From NCBI GenBank assembly GCA_964019335.1, contig OZ025687.1:1-64000 (forward strand): a stretch of DNA of 64,000 bases, in the 5' to 3' direction. The notes below the pieces were generated by a model that was given only the letters and a program-made list of their open reading frames with translations, did not search any database and was not told the DNA's origin. This stretch comes from Diplonema japonicum. Its lineage: Eukaryota; Protista; Euglenozoa: Diplonemea. Positions 7,352-15,053 of this stretch are shown here, piece by piece (position 1 is the first letter of the stretch; the number at the start of each line of letters is the position of its first letter). A program made the position numbers and the translations under genes.

Positions 7352-9139
7352 TTACCGGTCCGGGTCAGCACCAGCTTTCCACACCATCACTTCCGACATG
7401 GCCCAGAGCGACATCAGCCCCCCTATCCAAACTGAAGTGCTTCCCACCAGAGTGCCCCCTACTGCTAGCCAAGCGAGCTCCCCGGCGGACCATTCATCCC
7501 CTCGGGGCCCCACCTGTACCCTTGACCTGCGGGTGGTCCTCCTGTCGCTCCCCGGCCTCTTCCACAACACTGCCGCATGCAGGAAGGAGGGGGCCATCCC
7601 GATGCCCGCCCCCAGCACCTGCCTCACCCCTGGGATCAGCAAGAGGGAGACCAGGGCGACCCAGGCCCACACCCCCAGGTGCTCCCATCTCACCCCTTCC
7701 TTGCTGTGTCCCGTCCGTCTGCGGTGCCTCCTTGTGCCGGTTGCAGCCCCAGGTGCCGGGATTCTGGGTGCCAGGGGTTGGGCTCCAGGCGTTCCCACCT
7801 CGGTCCGCTTCAGCCCCATTGCAGGGTCATCTGGCTTCTGTTCCAGGGCGGCCTCGTGTTCCTCTCTGCGGGCCCTCCTCCTCCCTTCTTTCCTCGCACG
7901 ACGGTGCCTTTTCTTCTCCTGTCTGGCAGCCTCCCTCGCCCCCTCCCTCGCCTTGGTCCTCTTCTCCCGACGCCTCTGAAGGGCCGTTTCGCTCCTGTGC
8001 CTCCTCCTGTTCTTCTTCCGCTTGGGCGCTGGCTTAGGTTCCCTGCCACCCATGGCAATCCAGGGGGCTCTTTTCTGTCTTCTCACAAGGGTGTGCAGTG
8101 GTGCTCTCACGTCGCTCGCAGCCTCCGCCCCAACCACACCTAGGCGGGCGGTGGGGGTGGGTGCTGGGTCCCCCTGGTTGTTTGAAAAGAAAAAAGGTTC
8201 CTCCTTGTTTGTTTTTTTTTTTTCTTTCCCTTCCACCCTCAAAAAAAGCCCCCGGCCCTTGGGGACCAGGGTGTACACCTCCGTAGAGGGTCCAGAAAAA
8301 ATGGGGGGCAGAGAGGGAGGGGCACTACCTTCTCTCGGGCGTGCTGTCTCTCCCTCTGCCTTTTTTTCCTCCGAAGAGGGTCTGTTTTTTACCTCCGTGG
8401 AGGGTTCCTCTGGAGAGGGCTCTAAAAATGAAAAAGGGGGGGACAAATGGGGGGGAGGAGCACCACCCTCTCTCGGGAGTGCCACCTCTTCCCCTTTCTC
8501 TCTATTTTCCTCCGAAGAGGGTCTGTTTTCCTCCGAAGAGGGTTCTAAAAAAAAAAGGGGGGCGGGTGGGGCACTATCCTCTCTTGGGAGTGCCACCCCC
8601 CCTTGCCCACAAAAAAGGGGATCTAAAAAAGGGGGTTCGTCTGTTAACCCAGGGGATGGGTCTTCCTGGGGTGTGCGGGTGAGCTTGGGGCCTACCGCAC
8701 GCAGGGTGATCGACACCCTGACACCAGTGGACATCCCGGACGGGATGTGGTGCGTCCACTGGTGTCTCGCTTCACCTTCCAACAATGCCCATGAGAAGGG
8801 GGGCACCAGGTATTTCGCCACCCTGTCCCCCCTCCTCATGACCATTGTGGTCTCGGCTCCGTACGAGAGGACTAGGACAATCGGTCCCAGCCTCGCGTCG
8901 TCCTTGTGGGCGGCAATCCCACAACCAGACTTGTACTTGTTGACAAGTACCTGGTTGGGGACCACCTCGAGCCCTGCGGCGGCGGCCACCTCCCTCACCC
9001 ACCCCTCCGCCTCGACAGGCTGGCGGAGACTTTCCGCATGTAGTCGAAGATGCGGGCACAGTCGGGGTACGCCCTCCTTCGCAGCTGCCAGTCTTTCGGC
9101 AAGATGGTGCACTTCATGCGGACCATCCCGGAGACTCAT
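7352..9139 (-). CDS. Putative retroelement ORF1: AlkB-family 2OG-Fe(II) dioxygenase + Pro/Glu repeats + basic region + two hydrophobic segments
   Basis: PNQVLVNKY, GIAAHKD (HxD), LSYG, GEARHQWTHHI (distal H), RVSITLR (Rx5R); first ATG at 9139 (TTG-initiated ORF to 9232); ends 45 nt from the ORF2 GTG. Confidence 0.75.
   Translation of the reverse strand: MSLRDGPHEVHHLAERLAAAKEGVPRLCPHLRLHAESLRQPVEAEGWVREVAAAAGLEVVPNQVLVNKYKSGCGIAAHKDDARLGPIVLVLSYGAETTMVMRRGDRVAKYLVPPFSWALLEGEARHQWTHHIPSGMSTGVRVSITLRAVGPKLTRTPQEDPSPGLTDEPPFLDPLFCGQGGVALPREDSAPPAPLFFLEPSSEENRPSSEENREKGEEVALPREGGAPPPHLSPPFSFLEPSPEEPSTEVKNRPSSEEKKAEGETARPREGSAPPSLPPIFSGPSTEVYTLVPKGRGLFLRVEGKEKKKTNKEEPFFFSNNQGDPAPTPTARLGVVGAEAASDVRAPLHTLVRRQKRAPWIAMGGREPKPAPKRKKNRRRHRSETALQRRREKRTKAREGAREAARQEKKRHRRARKEGRRRARREEHEAALEQKPDDPAMGLKRTEVGTPGAQPLAPRIPAPGAATGTRRHRRRTGHSKEGVRWEHLGVWAWVALVSLLLIPGVRQVLGAGIGMAPSFLHAAVLWKRPGSDRRTTRRSRVQVGPRGDEWSAGELAWLAVGGTLVGSTSVWIGGLMSLWAMSEVMVWKAGADPDR
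8290..8640. repeat. Three imperfect tandem repeats inside ORF1 (V/T-A-L/R-PRE-xxAP...; RPSSEE)
   Basis: GCAC(T/C)A(C/T)C..CTCT(C/T)GGG(C/A)GTGC at ~8322, 8460 and 8571; TCCTCCGAAGAGGGT at ~8368, 8508 and 8529. Confidence 0.75.
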
Positions 9140-9410
9140 GTGGGGGACGCCATGCAGAGGTTCGACGAGTTGGTCAGATCGACAATTGGGTGCCTGGCGG
9201 GAGGGGAGCTGGAGGGGCACCAGTGGAAACAAGCAAGCCTAGCAGTAAGGAGGGGGGGCTGGGCCTGAGGAGCTGCCAGGAGCACCTGAGAGTGGCGAAC
9301 ATCGCATCCCTCCCTGGTGGCGACGAGGAACATCTCCCAGGAGATCGACCCCATGTATGATTGGGATTCCGCGGCTGATTGGTTCTGCTGTGCCTCGAGG
9401 AGCATCGACC
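9005..9410 (+). pseudogene. Inverted, decayed fragment of a related CRE element (post-RT/thumb region)
   Basis: + strand RLDRLAETFRM*SKMRAQSGYALLRSCQSFGKMVHFMRTIPETHVGDAMQRFDELVR..WKQASLAVRRGG/LGLRSCQEHLR aligns with ORF2 RLDALEENFDMLTKVGRQTGYTLLRYCSSYSKLVFYMRVVPDSHVGGVMHRFDEMVR..WQQAKLSVKVGGLGMRSCQEHLR; has a stop at 9041 and a frameshift near 9258. Confidence 0.9.
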
Positions 9411-9798
9411 TGCTGCTACTCGCCGTTGACGAGTTGCACTGTCCGGAGAAGGTGCGGAGGTAGGGCTTCAGACCCTTCACAAGGTGTCCACGTTGCTCCC
9501 GCTCAGGAACTCCACCAGCCCGTCCGCAGCTTCCACCGCCTTGTCCTTCAGCTGGTCATGGTCTGCTCCCTGTCATGGTCTGAATTGCGTCCTGCACCCC
9601 GAGGGACTCCAGCAACTCGTCCGCCCTGTCCATGAGAGCGTCCGCCACGGACCCCCTGAAGGCGTTCACCGTGTCTGCAAGAGACGAGGCCAGCGACGTC
9701 ACCGTCAGAGGCTCAGATGTGTAAGCTGGTGCAGTGTCCTGTGCCCCTGTCAGGAGTACACCGGCCCCCAACGCCAGAAGCGTCCTCAAGCTTCCCAT
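9410..9798 (-). pseudogene. Truncated/frameshifted gene for a secreted protein
   Basis: Signal-peptide-like MGSLRTLLALGAGVLLTGAQD; coding-like sequence continues through two frameshifts (one at a CAGACCATGAC duplication) and ends at the CRE fragment. Confidence 0.5.
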
Positions 9799-10019
9799 TT
9801 GTAGGTGGCACGGAAGTGGGTTTGCTTTTCTTTTATATGTATTAGAAACCTGTGTGTTTATTTTTGTCATTCAACGAAAAAGAGGAGAAAAAAAAACTCC
9901 CATGGTTTTTACTTATTCTGTAAAAAAAAGGAAGGGGGGGACAACAGAAAAATATAGAACGAGAAAAATTTTGATAAATTTCGGTGTGCGGGTGGGTGCC
10001 CACTGCGTCCTCGTTGCTT

Positions 10020-10210
10020 TTATGTGTCCCGTCACCACCTTCCCTGATGCACCCATCTCACCATCACTGTCCGGGTGTCATGCATCTTTGCACAGCTTCA
10101 TTGGTTCCTACGAGCTGCAGTACCGAAGAACCTGTCTGCCTTCCTACCTTAGTCAGCATGCCCGTTCCTCACTCACTTAGACGTTTGATCAAATCAAGAA
10201 ATTTCCATGT
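10020..10210 (-). pseudogene. Heavily deleted relic of the same CRE family
   Basis: Colinear short matches to ORF2 DNA: TTGCACAGCTTCAT (~4184), GAGCTGCA(G/A)TACCG(A/G)AGAA (~4432), CCTGTCTGCCT..ACCTT.GTCAGCATG (~4459). Confidence 0.7.
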
Positions 10211-10508
10211 GCGCTAACGTTTCGCTTGCCTCTCGCATGTAAAACCTGTGAAAATTAACAGTGACCATTCTTGAAATATATGTAACTCCACTCCACTCCA
10301 CTGGTATTGATCTGCTACATTATTGGTGCCAGCCGCAGGAGGAAGAAACTAAGTGAGCTGATTAACACACGTCAACGAACCCCAGGTTCTTGGTTTCTTG
10401 TTGTCACAAAGCGAAACACCAAGCAGGAGGAGCAGTACAGTATCTTCCACACAAAAAGAAATCTCTGGCCGAAAATTCATACACTTTCTATTTCAACGAG
10501 GTTAGCGC

Positions 10509-11408
10509 TCAGCTCTGCTTTTGCTTTTTAAAGCCTGGTGTGTCGGGGTCAATATTCTTGATGTTGGGGTTTTTGATGCGACGCACAATTGCGGCCAGAG
10601 CAAGGTACAAGTAGTAGTAGTCAAGGGGGACTAAAGCCATGAGAAGGCCGTTATAGACTACCCACATGGGGAACGCCCACTCGTAGGTCGGGGAGTGCCA
10701 AGCGTTGAGGCATACCACGGCAGGGTGATAAATGCAGCGGGTGATGACCCAAAGCAGCACGAGTAGCACCAGCAGCGACTCACTCATCTTCTTAAACTGC
10801 AGGAGCCCCAGAGCACGGGCACTGTGGATCATGATGTCGGTCAACTCCCTGCTGACCAAGACCAGCATACCGATCCTGTGCGTGTTGTAGATGTATGAGT
10901 AGGCTATGAGCGTGGCAGCCGCATAGTGGTGGCCCAGCATTGCGACGTGGTCATGGCTCCGCGTCTCAATGAACTGCATCACCATGCTGCCTATGAAGAA
11001 AGACATCTCCACCAAGTAATAGTCCCTGAAGTTGCCAGTAATGCTTCCTGCCGCCGGATCCCAGCCGGTCCAGCACATGTCCCAGTCCAACCAACCCGTG
11101 AACCACGACTCGTTGTACAATACCTGAAGCCCCCATATCTGCAGTGCAATGTGCATCATCACCTTGTTAATGTGGCTGCCAAACTTGTTTCGCACGTTGA
11201 TCCTATCATCGTCAGGGTACTCCGTCTTGAAAAGGTTGAACAGAGGCCTTCCAAGCACAAGAGGGTTTAAAACCCTGAAAAGACAAAACCCAACCACAGC
11301 TTTGGCTATAAATACAGCGTCACCATCACCTGGCAAAAGGGGCACTACGTGATAAATAGTTGCTGCAGTCACGCTCAGCAGCAAGTTCTGAAGAACAAAC
11401 TGCATCAT
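10509..11408 (-). CDS. TLC-domain ceramide synthase (LAG1/CERS family)
   Basis: Multi-TM protein with Lag1p-like motif RSHDHVAMLGHHY..L..YSY..RIG.LVL...D and a C-terminal lysine-rich ER-retrieval-like tail. Confidence 0.85.
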   Translation of the reverse strand: MMQFVLQNLLLSVTAATIYHVVPLLPGDGDAVFIAKAVVGFCLFRVLNPLVLGRPLFNLFKTEYPDDDRINVRNKFGSHINKVMMHIALQIWGLQVLYNESWFTGWLDWDMCWTGWDPAAGSITGNFRDYYLVEMSFFIGSMVMQFIETRSHDHVAMLGHHYAAATLIAYSYIYNTHRIGMLVLVSRELTDIMIHSARALGLLQFKKMSESLLVLLVLLWVITRCIYHPAVVCLNAWHSPTYEWAFPMWVVYNGLLMALVPLDYYYLYLALAAIVRRIKNPNIKNIDPDTPGFKKQKQS

Positions 11409-11711
11409 TTCGTTCTAAGATTTCTCTCCTGTAAGAAATAGAGGTGTGAAAGAGCGCAAGGGCCCAGAAGAGTTCTTTAAAGAATAGTAACTGGTGTGAT
11501 CTCCCATTTCTCCTTCAATCATGAGGACAATCGTCGTTGTGCGCGTGACTGATCACTAGTACGGAACATGTTCGGTGTATTAGAATTTAAGCTGCCGAGT
11601 GATGCCGCTTTCTCCCCACTCTACAACACAAGAAGGCCACCAACAAAGCACCAGCAACGGAAAAAAGACCCGATGTGATCATGACTTGTGCCTGCAAAAG
11701 TTATGAATTAC

Positions 11712-12818
11712 CTAAAAGCAACATACCGGAATCCCAGAATTCCTACGCATGTCGGGCTTTCTCATCGAATCCCGTGAGGCGGGGGCAGGAGCGAACTTAA
11801 GCTTCGGGCACAGTTCCTGCAACGGGTGCATCGTGCCTTCGATGTTGATCGCCGCATCGTGTGGCAAGAGTTTGTCATTCCACCACATCTTCTCCATCCA
11901 GAGCTTCGGGCGTAGCGCAGGATGCTGGGGGTTGCCGTTGAAGTGTAGAAGTGCCGGAACGGTATTTGTTTTGCAATTCACCACACGGCCATTTCTTCTT
12001 TCATCGCACTGGAAATCATCCTGCGCGGAATGCAGGTTTTGGCACACGTTGTTGTAGTAATCAAGATCCATCGTTTTGTTCCAGCCATCGGCGAAGAACG
12101 CCTTTCCGAACAGCGCTTGGTCACCGCACTTTGGACACGACTCGAACGTCATCTTTGCAGCGCTCTCATTTACGTAAGTCAGCAACTTCTTGACAGGGCC
12201 CAGCTCACCCATCCAGCATCCCGAATTCAGCCACCTGTAAGGAGTGTTTTCTTTCTTCGGCCATTGCGAACACGTCTCGCGAGGTAGAGACCGGATCCAG
12301 CAATTTCGCTCAGAAGAAAAGATAATCGGCTTTTGCGCCGTTGCCATCTGCTTGTACGCAGTGTAAATTGCCTCGGGGCCACGCTGCCACAGCACGTCGC
12401 CACCATCGACAAACATGAGAATCGTGTCGTCAGGCAGGTCCTTGACCCTTTCATAGAGGAGCGGGATCTTATTCTTCAGCTTGTCTTCTTTCTTTTTAAA
12501 ATCCTTCACGTTCATCGCGCTAGATCCCCAGCCGAGGACTTCAATTGGGATGCCGTTGTGGATGGCACCGGCAAGCATCTCGCAGGAGTTCCTGTACGGG
12601 CCCGATAAAACGGTCATGATCTTGATAGGCGACGAGAACTGTGCGAACTGCTCGCTCTTCGCACTCTCCTGGGCAACCTCTTTAACAGCAGCGACAGCAT
12701 TCGGATGCTGGTAAGAAAAAGCAAAGGACGCTAAGATAGTAGCTATGAACAAGATGACTACCCATAGCATGCAGATGCTGCTCGCTGATGTTTCTGCATG
12801 CCGACCTTTCCCCTCCAT
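11712..12818 (-). CDS. Type II membrane glycosyltransferase, PLOD GT-domain-like
   Basis: N-terminal TM; MFVDGGDV, FSSERNCW, YRWLNSGCWMG, DQALF, LDYYNN..QNL, HFNG. Confidence 0.8.
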   Translation of the reverse strand: MEGKGRHAETSASSICMLWVVILFIATILASFAFSYQHPNAVAAVKEVAQESAKSEQFAQFSSPIKIMTVLSGPYRNSCEMLAGAIHNGIPIEVLGWGSSAMNVKDFKKKEDKLKNKIPLLYERVKDLPDDTILMFVDGGDVLWQRGPEAIYTAYKQMATAQKPIIFSSERNCWIRSLPRETCSQWPKKENTPYRWLNSGCWMGELGPVKKLLTYVNESAAKMTFESCPKCGDQALFGKAFFADGWNKTMDLDYYNNVCQNLHSAQDDFQCDERRNGRVVNCKTNTVPALLHFNGNPQHPALRPKLWMEKMWWNDKLLPHDAAINIEGTMHPLQELCPKLKFAPAPASRDSMRKPDMRRNSGIPVCCF

Positions 12819-12875
12819 GTTTTCTGTTACGTAGTTGTAAATAATGCAAATAGAAAGTAATAAAGAAACTACTAT

Positions 12876-14363
12876 CTAACCCTCTAAATCTAGCTTGTCT
12901 TCGACCATTTCCATTCTGTTTATGAGGTCTCTAATGTGCTCTTTCAGGTCGTCTACATCTGACTGGCGTGCTTTTGCCTCCGACCACAAAGCGAGCGTCT
13001 CCTTGACCTGGTCGAGGACATTGACCTCACTATCCTCCAACATGTGTTGCATCTTTGTTTGCACCGCGTCTGAGACCTCTGTGCTACCCCTCCTGTCTTC
13101 ATTTCTGTAGCTGCCTTCCATTCGCAGCATTTCAACAGCACTACGCATGCTACTAAGCTCAGATTCCAATGCGTCAATCCTGTTTTCCATGACCTGTATT
13201 CTAGGGTCCTCGCTGGGCTCAGGGGCGGATTTCATGGCAGGCGTGGGCGTCAATGAGCGTACAGGAGCAGCAGGTGCGGGCACGGGGGCTGGAGGTTGTA
13301 GTGGGGACACTTCTAACCTTCCACTCTTTACTGTCTTATCTAAATAGCAAATAGATTGATTCACCGTGTAAAGCTTGTTTTCCAGTTCTTGCATCACTAA
13401 CCTGCACCCTTGGCAGTAGCCAGGAACGGTGTTCTGTGTGATCTCCTTGACCTCATTACGCAATTCTTCTATTTCATCACTTTGTTCGCTCAACTCGTTC
13501 AACTGCTGTGAGATCTTTGACTTCAACTTTGTAAATCCTCGTGTCATCAGCCCGACGGTTTCCTCTGATGAAGCCAGCCTCTTTGTTGTGTTGCGCCACC
13601 CTTCCGTGTCTGCACCCAGATTGTCTTCTAGTTGCTGAACTTTTCCAGTGACTTTCTCCATTAGCAGCTCAGCCCGCCGCTCATTCTGCCTCAGTTCCTC
13701 CTTGCAGTACGTCTGCAGCCTTGACTCCGCACTCTGAATATTCATCCGAAGTCCCTCTATTTCTTTAATCTTGAGACCCAAGGTCTCGGTGTCTTTCGAA
13801 ATCTCCATTTGGAGCTTCCTCAATGCCCCGCTCTCTGCTTTCAGATCTTGCACTTCTACTATGCTGTCACCGAACTTCGAGTCAAACTCCCTCTTCCACC
13901 CTTCGATCAGCTTCAGGTCTTTTTTAAGCGAATTCACGTTGCATGTGACCTCCAAAACCTTATCACCGATATTCAATGCTGTGCGGGTGTTTCTATCAAA
14001 GAGCTCCGTTAGTTCCGCATGTTTCTCTTTAATCCCGTACTCAACTTCGGGAAGCCTATAGGATGAAAGATGTTTCTAAGCAACATACTTTACACGCCAC
14101 TCCCTCTCAATCAACTCTCGGATCTCCATGTTCAGCATCTTGAACTTGTCTGTAATGTAGAACTCCATCTCCTCCCGTAGCGGCTTCATGGAGGAAACTC
14201 CACCATACTGCATGGAGGCCGACATGGTGGGAACAATGGCAGCGGGAAAGTTAGCACCAAGCTTTTTCTTTTCCTCTTCAATTTTCTTGTCCCATTCTTC
14301 AGCCCTAATGCTCCATTTGTCTGCTGTGCTCGCCTCTCCACTTGCCAAAGCACTTCGGAACAT
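12876..14363 (-). CDS. Coiled-coil protein, 2 exons (intron 14056-14088)
   Basis: Removing a 33-nt GTATGT..TAG intron joins ORF 14076-14432 to ORF 12876-13976 in frame; heptad-rich. Confidence 0.75.
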
Positions 14364-14439
14364 AGCTACCTGGAAAATAATTAAACCATGCAGCAAAAAC
14401 ATGTACATAATAGACCGTAGTACAGCTCTCATCGCACTT

Positions 14440-14946
14440 TCACATCAAAGTACATTTTCGTTTTTTCTTTGGTTTCTCGTCAGCAACCCCGTCAGGGTTC
14501 TCAGGGAGGATTTCGGGCAGCTCGCTAGGGAGCACACCTTCGCGGGTTTGGGCTTCCTTAGCAGGTATAATGGTTTTCGGAAGCACGATTTCGGGTTCAG
14601 GTTCGGGTTCCGACTCCAGCGATGGCTCGGACTCCACAAATGGCATACTGTCGTCACCCGATACTGCGTCACGCAGGCTGATGAACACAGACACATCTTC
14701 ATCTGTCACCTTCTTCTGGAAGCCTTGTGCTGTTGTTAGTGTAGATGTGAAAAGAGAACTCGAGCTGCAGTGCGCCTTGTCGCTCAACTCTAAGTTCTTT
14801 ATCCGCCGAACTATCTCTGCTTTCTGAGCTGTTGTCAAGTTCATATTGCACTCATCTAAAAGTGTCTCTGACTTGTGTCGCACACCAGCAGGCCACGACT
14901 CTGCTAACACGATTGGTTTGCCAGTCCCATCTTCGGAATCAGACAT
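14440..14946 (-). CDS. Hypothetical protein
   Basis: 168-aa ATG ORF on the same strand as its neighbours; ends in a basic tail plus CTLM (CaaX-like). Confidence 0.6.
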   Translation of the reverse strand: MSDSEDGTGKPIVLAESWPAGVRHKSETLLDECNMNLTTAQKAEIVRRIKNLELSDKAHCSSSSLFTSTLTTAQGFQKKVTDEDVSVFISLRDAVSGDDSMPFVESEPSLESEPEPEPEIVLPKTIIPAKEAQTREGVLPSELPEILPENPDGVADEKPKKKRKCTLM

Positions 14947-15053
14947 TTGCCATTCCTAAAGTGTGATGACCAAAAGGCAAGACGAAACCTCGTGACAAAC
15001 ATCTAAATAAGATCTACTAAAACAGCATCCAATCTAAAAGCTATCACTCATTG

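Larger units (their letters stand above)
1105..9232 (-). mobile_element. CRE/SLACS/CZAR-clade non-LTR retrotransposon (RLE type), apparently two ORFs; boundaries approximate
   Basis: RT followed by a CCHC knuckle and a PD-(D/E)xK endonuclease in ORF2; GC-rich and intronless, unlike the flanks; GC hairpin and short A-tract after the ORF2 stop. No target-site duplication was identified, so inclusion of ORF1 is inferred. Confidence 0.8.

Noticed and set aside
500-10400. Spliced-leader RNA gene or target-site duplication flanking the CRE element
   Set aside because: I could not find the conserved SL core (CAGTTTCTGTACT-like) or a matching direct repeat by eye, so the target site is unresolved.
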